From: Candidatus Saccharimonadales bacterium
GTDB taxonomy: Bacteria > Patescibacteriota > Saccharimonadia > Saccharimonadales > 2-12-FULL-41-12
DNA length: 60,860 nucleotides
Direction: 5' to 3'
NCBI GenBank assembly: GCA_041600715.1
Contig: JBFIJM010000004.1
Coordinates: 1 to 60,860, forward strand
The position numbers were made by a program, and so were the translations under genes. Of the stretch, positions 8,533 to 17,097 are shown in pieces (the stretch's first letter is position 1; each line of letters begins with the position of its first letter). The notes beneath the pieces were generated by a model, which was not told where the DNA came from, made no database searches, and saw only the letters and a list, made by a program, of their open reading frames with translations.

Positions 8533-8841
8533 ATGCAATACATACTTGTGGTTGTTATTTTAGTTGTTTTCCTTTTCCTGACATCACCATGTACATCATG
8601 TATGGGAGAGAAAGAAAATTTTATGGCCGGACATGGTGGTAATTTTAAATTAGATGATGCTAATGTGTTCGATCCAGAACCGGCAAGCTTTCGATCGCAC
8701 GATGCTCAATATCGTTACCCCAATCAACGACATGTATGGATCCCACCGCCGTCCCATCAATATTCGCCAGGAACTAATTGGGGTTATATTTACACACGAG
8801 CAGCTCGACCGCATTGGCTTAACCATCATAATGCTCATTAA
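8533..8841 (+). CDS. Small secreted or membrane protein
   Basis: 102-aa ORF with an N-terminal signal-like segment (MQYILVVVILVVFLFLTSPCTSC) and TATATAG upstream. Confidence 0.5.
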   Translation: MQYILVVVILVVFLFLTSPCTSCMGEKENFMAGHGGNFKLDDANVFDPEPASFRSHDAQYRYPNQRHVWIPPPSHQYSPGTNWGYIYTRAARPHWLNHHNAH

Positions 8842-8864
8842 TCTTAGGCTTATAAGTTTAAGAA

Positions 8865-9617
8865 TTATTCCGTCTGGAAAATAAACTGGGCACTCCATGG
8901 TTTTTTATTCAGATCAAGAACGTTTCCCTTGTCATCCTCCAATATAAAATCAATATCATTTTGATACGTCTGCTTCAAGTTTAGCTCAAATTGGGCGTCG
9001 ATAGGTTCGTGTATGATTATATCCGTGGGATTGCCCTTGGTCGGTATAGCGCATAATATATTTTTTCCGTCTTCGCTTGACGCTGTTGCAGAGGGGGAAG
9101 ACGCATATTGAGTCAGCAAATTTGACCGTAATAATAGATAGTTAGGACCGTGTAAACATAACACAGAGTCTCCAACATTTGACGTTGCCACTGCGGAATC
9201 AACGGTAAACCCTAAAATTGGTGCGATATTATTGGCTGCACTGGTCAGTACGGCAAATGCTCCAGCCGCTGCAATGGTCAGTTTATGGGTTGAATTACTA
9301 TATGTAACTGTATAAGGGCCTCCACCTATAGCGTCAAGAGTTGTTTTTAGGGCGGTAGCGAACGTACCCGCTGTGTAGTTTCCAGGGGCAACCGCGCCTG
9401 TTCCGGCAGTTACTTCAGCGATATTATTGGTGGCATTGACCGCATAATATGTGAATGGTATTTGTACTGACGCTAACCTAATGATCTTAACCCGATCAAT
9501 CTTTCTATCTAGGGTATATGTGAAATTTGTTGTGGTTGTAGTTGTCTTGTTATCTCTCTTATCGGCATCAATAACGACACGTGTATACTCTTGCTTTGGT
9601 CTTAAGATCTGATCCAT
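8865..9617 (-). CDS. Hypothetical protein, beta-rich; possibly a structural (penton-like) protein
   Basis: 250-aa ORF. Its composition and size are compatible with a single jelly-roll capsid accessory protein, but no diagnostic motif was seen. Confidence 0.55.
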   Translation of the reverse strand: MDQILRPKQEYTRVVIDADKRDNKTTTTTTNFTYTLDRKIDRVKIIRLASVQIPFTYYAVNATNNIAEVTAGTGAVAPGNYTAGTFATALKTTLDAIGGGPYTVTYSNSTHKLTIAAAGAFAVLTSAANNIAPILGFTVDSAVATSNVGDSVLCLHGPNYLLLRSNLLTQYASSPSATASSEDGKNILCAIPTKGNPTDIIIHEPIDAQFELNLKQTYQNDIDFILEDDKGNVLDLNKKPWSAQFIFQTE

Positions 9618-9646
9618 CCTATATGATGAAAAAAATAAAGCATAAA

Positions 9647-10552
9647 CTAAACCGAGATAGGAAGTTGCATATACCCATTTATAATTCGGTCTCGAATGGC
9701 GTCGAATGGATCTTTACTCGCCGATGGTTGTGGAAAAAGCTGCTTACTCACCGAAAGTGGGGCGGTTGCCGTCGTTAGTTGTGGCTGATGGATTTCTTTG
9801 CTCTCGTCAAGGTCACTCTCACTATCTTCTTTACTCTCGTCAAAGTCGCTCCCACTATCTTCGGACGAGGAACAGTTGATAATGAGACCTTTCATATTCA
9901 GTTCAAGACTAGATAAAGACGAATGCAGGTGATTGGTGGGCGCATTCCTCAGATTATTGACGGCTTGTAAAACATTCGACGATGCTCCAGTAAACATGTA
10001 GTCGGTTATGGACATGGATGTTTGATGTGGTATATTACTATCCAAAGTAACAACAACTTGTCCACCGTCTCGACGCCAGAACACAGGCTCGACTTCGAAG
10101 AAATACTTGGCGAACATTTCTGGCCAACGAAGAACGACAAACTGGAAGTCTGAAATCGCCTCCATGGCATACGGCGACCGAAAGTCGTGTCGTGGTAGAC
10201 TAATACCTCCTCCTGGCATAAACCGCGGCTTTAACCTCATCGGTTCCATAATGACGAGAGATTCGGCGGACGGTATTAGTGGAAATGCATACAATGAACC
10301 TAACACTATAGAAACTGGGTTAATCTGCTCGGTTAACTCTCGCATTTGATCTAACGTAGTCGCTTTGTTAGCTAGTATTAGTATGTTAACGAGATCCTGA
10401 TATGCCCGACCATTTCTCAAGTTTCCTCTTGGGATAAGCGCTGCGTTCGTCATGGCAAAATATACATTAAGTTGAGCTTCCTCCGTCAACCTCTTCCCAG
10501 TGAGGAATGGAATCATCGACTGGGGCATTTGGATATACCTAATGTCTTGCAT
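9647..10552 (-). CDS. Hypothetical protein with acidic Ser/Asp/Glu-rich C-terminal region
   Basis: 301-aa ORF with an ATG start. Confidence 0.6.
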   Translation of the reverse strand: MQDIRYIQMPQSMIPFLTGKRLTEEAQLNVYFAMTNAALIPRGNLRNGRAYQDLVNILILANKATTLDQMRELTEQINPVSIVLGSLYAFPLIPSAESLVIMEPMRLKPRFMPGGGISLPRHDFRSPYAMEAISDFQFVVLRWPEMFAKYFFEVEPVFWRRDGGQVVVTLDSNIPHQTSMSITDYMFTGASSNVLQAVNNLRNAPTNHLHSSLSSLELNMKGLIINCSSSEDSGSDFDESKEDSESDLDESKEIHQPQLTTATAPLSVSKQLFPQPSASKDPFDAIRDRIINGYMQLPISV

Positions 10553-10622
10553 TGTAAGTGTATATGGATATTAGACTTGTATTTTTCAATTTTTTAAGAG
10601 CAGTCGAAGACATGGTCAAGGT

Positions 10623-11453
10623 TTAAAGGGTTACCCAAGATTGATCAACATGTTTACTAGGTGCATGGATGCAACTCATATCATATCCTCGGATAGGAAC
10701 GAGCTTACTTGAATTACGATAATCATAGTCTCTTAAGCCCTCATTACTCCGGTCATAATGTCGAAGATTCATAGTTCGTTGCCATGGGGGAATACGATTA
10801 TTATAGCGAAAATTTTTGTTCCATACTTTAGTTTCTTGGAGACGCCAAACATCTAAGGTTCTGTAGTCGTCCACAGTCATATCGATTGGTGTCTTCATGA
10901 TGGGGCCACCACAACCTTGTTGACCCACTTCACTTGGCCCTACTAACTGTGATCGTCTAAAAACGTTTACGTCAGGCTCAAGGTCACCACATCCTCTTGT
11001 TTCTGAAATCTTAAATTCAGCGTCGTCGTCTTCTCTTATGTCACCATATCGTCGACGATCATCCGCTTCAGTTTCCTGGAAAGTTGCACCTCTACTCCTA
11101 ATTCGTTGAGTAAAATATTTATCATGCCGTTTAACGAATTCCATGTTGGCCTTTGATATAACCTCGACCCAGTTACTACCACAAGCATACTCAAATTGAC
11201 GTAGATCAACGACGTCGGCCCATGCATTCATAAGCATTGGAACGTGCTTCTGAAAAACAGAAAGAGCTTTTTTACCGTCGGCACCTACATGGAGTATATA
11301 TTGTTCTTTAATTACGAATCGAATATTACTTTTGCTTAAGAAGACATCTTTAAGATATGGAGCAACTGTTCCAGCGACCTTTGTCGCGACATTCATCTCA
11401 TCCTTGACGCTGATGAGAGATCTTGGTACGTATATGTAACTTCTTTCTGTCAT
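10623..11453 (-). CDS. Hypothetical protein
   Basis: 276-aa ORF with an ATG start and TAATATAGTA upstream. Confidence 0.6.
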   Translation of the reverse strand: MTERSYIYVPRSLISVKDEMNVATKVAGTVAPYLKDVFLSKSNIRFVIKEQYILHVGADGKKALSVFQKHVPMLMNAWADVVDLRQFEYACGSNWVEVISKANMEFVKRHDKYFTQRIRSRGATFQETEADDRRRYGDIREDDDAEFKISETRGCGDLEPDVNVFRRSQLVGPSEVGQQGCGGPIMKTPIDMTVDDYRTLDVWRLQETKVWNKNFRYNNRIPPWQRTMNLRHYDRSNEGLRDYDYRNSSKLVPIRGYDMSCIHAPSKHVDQSWVTL

Positions 11454-11528
11454 TACTATATTAAAACTATAATAATAATAAACATATTAAGACATGTTAA
11501 GTTAGAAAATGTGTTTCCAAAAGACACC

Positions 11529-11771
11529 CTACGTAGGCTTACCAAATAAAGCTCGGTTAACCGCAGTGTCTACACAAAAAGCTTTATGAGCGATGATACT
11601 TACCAAGATGAGCACGAGGAAAATAAGGAAGGTATTCATATCCGAGAAATATCCAATGGCAATACTAAGGGCGACCGTCGCTAGCACATCCACAATGGCG
11701 ACATTCATAAATCTATATGAGTGGACACCTTCCCTCGGCTTACCGAAAATATCTTTATACTCGCATAACAT
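11529..11771 (-). CDS. Small two-TM membrane protein
   Basis: 80-aa ORF with two hydrophobic segments (VAIVDVLATVALSIAIGYF and FLIFLVLILVSIIA). Confidence 0.5.
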   Translation of the reverse strand: MLCEYKDIFGKPREGVHSYRFMNVAIVDVLATVALSIAIGYFSDMNTFLIFLVLILVSIIAHKAFCVDTAVNRALFGKPT

Positions 11772-11797
11772 TGTATATGTATTTTTTATACTATATA

Positions 11798-12526
11798 ATG
11801 ATTTGGATATTCATTATTACACTTATACTTGTTATTTATGTATGTCGAAAAGATATGTTTGTTAAAATACCGTCGCCGCGAAATTGGGTGACATGTTTAC
11901 CGGCCGACGCGGATGCAAGTGAGGAATCAGAATCGGAATCGGAATCGGAATCGGAATCGGGAAGCACGATGGATCTATTTTCATCAATCCCATCACCAAT
12001 TCCATTAATACCATCTTTGAACGATGTATTTGCAGATAAGGTGTCAAAATTATGTGGATGGAACATTTCATTTATCTGTGAGGTCAACAATAATAAATTA
12101 TTTCTTGGGAATTGGGTGGGTAGTGCAAATAAAAATATTCTTCGTGAACTTGGGATAAAAAAAATACTATGCCTAAATAAATACAAGAAGCCCGAATATT
12201 TACTCAACACGTATGAAGAATTAGGAATTGAACATAAACATATAGATATTAATGATCATGCTGAAGAAAATATTGCACAATACTTTGACGAGTGTTATGA
12301 TTTTATTGATAAACCTCTTCCCGCGGGCGCAGGTATATTTATTCATTGCACAGCCGGCATCTCTAGATCATCAACCATAACTATCATGTATTTGGCCAGA
12401 AAAAATAACTGGTCTATTGATGAAGCATATCAATTTGTCAGCGCGCAAAGAAATTGTATTCAGCCTAACGATGGATTTATGCAACAACTACAGGCCGATG
12501 CAAATGCTCGTGTAATAGCTGCGTAG
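11798..12526 (+). CDS. Dual-specificity protein phosphatase with N-terminal membrane anchor
   Basis: Active-site loop HCTAGISRS (HCxxGxxR, nt 12344..12370) in a DSP-like context (IFIHCTAGISRSSTITIMYL). ATG 11798 was chosen because TATACTATATA lies directly upstream; ATG 11777 is an alternative. The (ES)6 repeat is encoded at 11924..11959. Confidence 0.8.
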   Translation: MIWIFIITLILVIYVCRKDMFVKIPSPRNWVTCLPADADASEESESESESESESGSTMDLFSSIPSPIPLIPSLNDVFADKVSKLCGWNISFICEVNNNKLFLGNWVGSANKNILRELGIKKILCLNKYKKPEYLLNTYEELGIEHKHIDINDHAEENIAQYFDECYDFIDKPLPAGAGIFIHCTAGISRSSTITIMYLARKNNWSIDEAYQFVSAQRNCIQPNDGFMQQLQADANARVIAA

Positions 12527-12539
12527 CCGAAAGCAGAGT

Positions 12540-13646
12540 CTAAAGGGAGCATCTAGCATCAGTATCAATAATCTCAATGGCACAGTTTCCCTTGAATATA
12601 TTACTCATCCGGTGCTGAGTATCCCCAACACTTGGGCCATGATGGATACTACCCATGGGAATTAATGGCTTAAATTCTGGCTTGTTTTGTCGGGCATCAT
12701 CGAAAAACGCACAGTCGTTAGCGACAGTTCTCTTTATCTTTTGTTTTCTTTTTTTTCCTTTCCTTTCAGGAACTGGCTTGGTTGCCGTCCCACTACTACT
12801 AAGTCTCAACGCATTAGCTTCAACTTCGCCAATATGGTCGCTACCAGCCCCGATGCCAGCCAATCCACCTTCTCCACCTACGCCCTCAAGCGCCTTGAGT
12901 CGGGCGGCCGTTGTTTTTTGTTTTATCTCCGTAGCCTCTCCTCCCCATTCAGGAGTCGGTTGATATGTAAGTCTGTCTAGTGGTTCATATGGCGATGGTC
13001 CATATTTTCGCGGAAGAACATCCTGCATCCCAGGGAAAATATCTTTTCTAATAGCATTAATAACTCTGTCAATTCGGCCAATATCTAACCGACCATTTCT
13101 ACATTTGGCCGACTTAGACAATGAAATTAAAGCTTCGACATGTTTGGTGATCTCGAAAATATAATAATCTTTGACCCCTCCAGACTCTTCGGCGTCTTGA
13201 TCATTTTCATATTTGACATCGGCAAACCTAGTTGTTTTATTGATAGGGTTATAAAGATCTGTACTTGTTCCGACTGTGCTGGCCGATAGGTCGTTATCTC
13301 TAAGGTACTTCTGGAGGTCACGTTTAATATTTACCAGGTCATCGGAATATTTTTTACAGTCCCTCTCTTTAATACTTTGTTCAATATTTTCCAGGTTATC
13401 CCTTAAACCCATTAGGTAATGCAAAAATACTTCATCGCTGACTGTTGTTGGGCCATCAATTGTATCAACATCAACACCAAGTCCTTGTTCACCTTCTCTG
13501 TCGGATGATCTATAAATTCTGCCTACTCTTATATCGTTTTTTGTCTGCACGTAAGATAAAAGAATCCACGCAACAATCACAATAATACACAAAGCAACAA
13601 TGTACACGTAATTAGCATATACTTCATCTGTATTACTTTTCGCCAT
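12540..13646 (-). CDS. Hypothetical type-II membrane protein
   Basis: The track ORF opens on TTG at 13691; the first ATG is 13646, preceded by CTATATAAGC. TM segment: VYIVALCIIVIVAWILLSYV. Confidence 0.6.
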   Translation of the reverse strand: MAKSNTDEVYANYVYIVALCIIVIVAWILLSYVQTKNDIRVGRIYRSSDREGEQGLGVDVDTIDGPTTVSDEVFLHYLMGLRDNLENIEQSIKERDCKKYSDDLVNIKRDLQKYLRDNDLSASTVGTSTDLYNPINKTTRFADVKYENDQDAEESGGVKDYYIFEITKHVEALISLSKSAKCRNGRLDIGRIDRVINAIRKDIFPGMQDVLPRKYGPSPYEPLDRLTYQPTPEWGGEATEIKQKTTAARLKALEGVGGEGGLAGIGAGSDHIGEVEANALRLSSSGTATKPVPERKGKKRKQKIKRTVANDCAFFDDARQNKPEFKPLIPMGSIHHGPSVGDTQHRMSNIFKGNCAIEIIDTDARCSL

Positions 13647-13702
13647 GCTTATATAGTCATCTGTATATTCTATTAAATTTGAAAACGTCAAATTAATATA
13701 CG

Positions 13703-16675
13703 ATGAATCGATATCTTAAAGAAAACTCAGATGAACTTGGTCGGATAGTATGGTTTAAAAAAACTCCCGGTATCGATTATTCTGTAAGTGGCGGGTCTGC
13801 CGAGTCTGCCGAGTCTGCCGAGTCTGCCGAGTCTGCCGGGTCTGCCGGGTCTGCCGAGGCAAATATTAAACGTTTGATAAAATTCAAAGGCACCAATGAT
13901 CACTTATACGACCGATTCATATCAATTATAAATAATAAAAGTAGGAACATTGAATTCCCCAAGGGTACGTCTCATCGCGATTTCAGAAATAAATTTCTTG
14001 AAATTGTAGAATCAACGAAAAACGACGATGAATTTTTCAAAGTGTTTGGAAAATATTTTCGGGATATATCTGCCGAATCAAAATTCACCGAATTCGCTCG
14101 TGGTGAGAATCGAGCCAAAAACTTAAAGGGTAAATTTCCATTTGACGGTCGGTTCAATAGTAAATCAAGATATTTAGACTTCGGTACATTTAGAGGAGAA
14201 ATCGCTAAGGCAATTGCTAGTGAATATGGTATCGCGCCATCTAACATATATGGGGTCGACATAAAAAAACAAAAAGACCTGAAAGGTATTAAATTCAGCC
14301 TTATTAAGAAGGATGGAAAAATACCCCATAAAGATAATTACTTCGATCTTATAACTTGTCTTATGGTTTTACATCATGTCGATAAAGATTCATTGATATT
14401 TACTCTAAGCGAAATATTCAGGGTATTAAAACCAGGTGGTATACTTATCTTACGTGAACATGATTTAACAGGGATCGACTCACGCGAGTTTAGTATAATA
14501 TTAGATTTACTTCATCGATTCTATGACCAGTTGTGGGAACCAACAAGTTCATGGGATCAATGTGGTGATGATCATTCAACGAATTATATGTCAATAACAT
14601 GGCTTACTTCTAGAATGAAGGAAGTCGGTTTTGTCCAAGGAGGTGTATTCAATAATAAAAATTATAAGTACAATCCATTTAACACATATGATGTTGTTTT
14701 TACGAAATCTCTCGAAGGCGGATATACCCGTTCACCTACTAAATGTCAGTCGTCAAGTAGTAATTTGCCCGGTTGTAAGCCGTCAAGTGGGGTTTTATCA
14801 AAAAGCACATCGTCGCAGATCACAAAGCTAGATTTAACTACAGAATGCATTATCGATAGTATTCTTGATATTAAACCCAACAATGATCCTCCGTATGAAA
14901 TCTCCGACATAAAAAAAACAATTCCCTACGAATGCCATAGAGGATTTTTTAATATGAACGTTCACTACGGTCAAAGAAAATTACTACTGACCGAAATAGA
15001 ATTTTATTCTAAATGTCTCATCCGGCAGCAAGGAAATATTGTCATATACGCTGGGTCGGCATCGGGGGAACATACCCCTATTATCCTAGATATGTATAAA
15101 CATCTGAAATTTATTTTCATAGATCCCAACTACCACTCATTTGATAAATACACCTACCAATACATCTACCAAAATACACCTGTTATATTAAAGGATAACC
15201 TAAAACAGTTCAAACGTGGTGAAAAATATAAACATCTAACCAAAGTCGATTTCCTATATGGCGGAAGGGCAAATGTCATAGATACAGCTGTTCAATACCA
15301 AACAACATCAGTCGAAGATCCATTTATTGTTAAGTCACGTGAAGATTTCGAAGGGGGTTTATATAAAAATTTAATCTCGGACATTATGCAGAGCAAGCAT
15401 AGGGTTTTTATCATTCAAGATTATATGACTATTAAATTGACTGAGATGTTCAAGGAGTCGCTTGATATTTATAATGAGGTTAAGAAACTGAAGGGTGGAG
15501 TTGGAGTTGGAGTTGGAGTTGGAGTTGGAGTTGGAGTTGGAGTTGGAGCTAGCGGCGGCGGTCGCAAGGTGCCCAAAAAATCCGCGGCCGCGAAGATCGC
15601 TATTAAGAAGATTAATGACGACGACTCGTCGCCACTTGTATCGACACCATCGCCGGCATCATCGCCAAATGTAGAGCTATATTTTCTAACGGATATCCGG
15701 ACAAATTTATTCCAAGACTCGCCGCATGATATTGAAGTATTGTGGAACTACGCCCTTCAGGTTATATTCCTAAAAATTCTTCAACCAACCTACAGTATGT
15801 TAAAATTTCGCCCTCCATATTTCGGAGAACTAAAAAGTGAACTTACTCGAGGATTTACTCTTCTTATGGAAGACGACGAGGAGTATAAAAAAATTATACC
15901 ATCAGGTAAACATATGATTTCAAATGTGATTAAGGGTGATTTGAAATTTGTTCATGAAAATTATGGTCTTGACTTGTTCGGTAATTACTTAAATGATAAT
16001 TTTACTTATTTAGACAATGATTTTATCTACATACAGCCTTGGTCACCGAAGGGTTCAACAGAGACACGTTTGTTCATTTCTAGAAAAACTTTGTCCAAGC
16101 CATATATTATTTATGATCAATATGCTTGGGAAGATAAATTCTTCTATCTAAGATATTATAAAAATTACGCATACCATGGTGTGTTTTATGAAAAGATTAA
16201 AGATATGAATACAATTTATGATGGATGTTACGACTGCACCCGGGAGCTGATGATTTTAGGAGGGTACATGTTGTCTTTGAAAAACATAGATAAATTTACA
16301 ACTGTTCCAAAAAAATATGATCTCCAAGAGATAGCTAAAATATTTGATTCTCCGAAAAACATCAAAACTTTATTGAAGTTATCTCAAACCATCGAAAGAT
16401 ACACTTGGAGTAAACTTGGGGTTGATCAAAAATCAAGTTGGCATGGAATATTAAATAAACCACCCTCACAAATTATCTTGAATACTATTAAAAGACCTGG
16501 TGATAGTATTCAAGGATATTTATTGAATAAAAAAACCCGCAAGGCGGATTTGATTTACTCATATACTAGTCCTATATGTAAGGCAGTCGATCGGCTGCGC
16601 GCAAAAAACGCCAGAGACATATGCATGCAAAACTTCAAAGTAGTTAATGACCCATGGAGACTTGAACCAATTTAA
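13703..16675 (+). CDS. Fusion of a class I SAM-dependent methyltransferase with a poxvirus VP39-like cap-specific 2'-O-methyltransferase
   Basis: The N-terminal part carries FDLITCLMVLHHV...IFRVLKPGGILILREHD (Methyltransf_11-like). The C-terminal part carries HYGQRKLLLTEIEFY...IVIYAGSASGEHTPIIL...IFIDPN, matching the VP39 pattern GQLKLLLGELFFL...VVYIGSAPGTH. In-frame repeats: (SAE/SAG)7 at 13795..13857 and (GV)8 at 15497..15544. Confidence 0.7.
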   Translation: MNRYLKENSDELGRIVWFKKTPGIDYSVSGGSAESAESAESAESAGSAGSAEANIKRLIKFKGTNDHLYDRFISIINNKSRNIEFPKGTSHRDFRNKFLEIVESTKNDDEFFKVFGKYFRDISAESKFTEFARGENRAKNLKGKFPFDGRFNSKSRYLDFGTFRGEIAKAIASEYGIAPSNIYGVDIKKQKDLKGIKFSLIKKDGKIPHKDNYFDLITCLMVLHHVDKDSLIFTLSEIFRVLKPGGILILREHDLTGIDSREFSIILDLLHRFYDQLWEPTSSWDQCGDDHSTNYMSITWLTSRMKEVGFVQGGVFNNKNYKYNPFNTYDVVFTKSLEGGYTRSPTKCQSSSSNLPGCKPSSGVLSKSTSSQITKLDLTTECIIDSILDIKPNNDPPYEISDIKKTIPYECHRGFFNMNVHYGQRKLLLTEIEFYSKCLIRQQGNIVIYAGSASGEHTPIILDMYKHLKFIFIDPNYHSFDKYTYQYIYQNTPVILKDNLKQFKRGEKYKHLTKVDFLYGGRANVIDTAVQYQTTSVEDPFIVKSREDFEGGLYKNLISDIMQSKHRVFIIQDYMTIKLTEMFKESLDIYNEVKKLKGGVGVGVGVGVGVGVGVGASGGGRKVPKKSAAAKIAIKKINDDDSSPLVSTPSPASSPNVELYFLTDIRTNLFQDSPHDIEVLWNYALQVIFLKILQPTYSMLKFRPPYFGELKSELTRGFTLLMEDDEEYKKIIPSGKHMISNVIKGDLKFVHENYGLDLFGNYLNDNFTYLDNDFIYIQPWSPKGSTETRLFISRKTLSKPYIIYDQYAWEDKFFYLRYYKNYAYHGVFYEKIKDMNTIYDGCYDCTRELMILGGYMLSLKNIDKFTTVPKKYDLQEIAKIFDSPKNIKTLLKLSQTIERYTWSKLGVDQKSSWHGILNKPPSQIILNTIKRPGDSIQGYLLNKKTRKADLIYSYTSPICKAVDRLRAKNARDICMQNFKVVNDPWRLEPI

Positions 16676-16690
16676 TTTCATCGTCTCATA

Positions 16691-17035
16691 TTAGACAAGA
16701 TCTGGTCTTATTTTTTCCATACGTTCCTTGATGACAAAAATTAAATCGTTTCTTTTCTTTTTTATCGGAGAGCAAGGTTTTAATTTATGCGCACCCTTAT
16801 GAAATTCTTTCATCTCAGTGAACACACCCGCGAGTTGATTAGGTTGTGATTTAATCGGTTTGTTTGTTGATTTGATAGATTCATTGGTACTCGACGTATT
16901 ATCCGTTAGTAGTGGAATGGGTGAGTCAGCACATTTCTCATCATCTTGGGATTCGACAGAGGAGGGCCAAAAGTAATACACTCCGGAAATTGTTGCGGTT
17001 GCAAGAGCAACTGCACTAGATATAACAAGAGCCAT
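16691..17035 (-). CDS. Small membrane-anchored protein
   Basis: 114-aa ORF with an N-terminal TM segment (ALVISSAVALATATISGVYYF). Confidence 0.55.
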   Translation of the reverse strand: MALVISSAVALATATISGVYYFWPSSVESQDDEKCADSPIPLLTDNTSSTNESIKSTNKPIKSQPNQLAGVFTEMKEFHKGAHKLKPCSPIKKKRNDLIFVIKERMEKIRPDLV

Positions 17036-17097
17036 GATAATATATGAACTAAATTAAATTTGATTTAACAAATACAATATAGCTTAGGTTTTGGAAA

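Noticed and set aside
9647-11453. Possible paralogy of two adjacent minus-strand genes based on similar N-termini (SYIYVPRSLI versus RYIQMPQSMI)
   Set aside because: The similarity covers only about 10 residues and I could not extend it by eye. It needs a proper pairwise alignment before being claimed.
11717-11797. N-terminal extension of the phosphatase ORF in the supplied track; similar 5' extensions at 23, 1255, 4305, 13691, 38883, 45133, 50884 and 52165
   Set aside because: The track lets TTG count as a start, or extends into the neighbouring gene. In each case I moved the start to the first plausible ATG, usually one preceded by a TATATA-like element.
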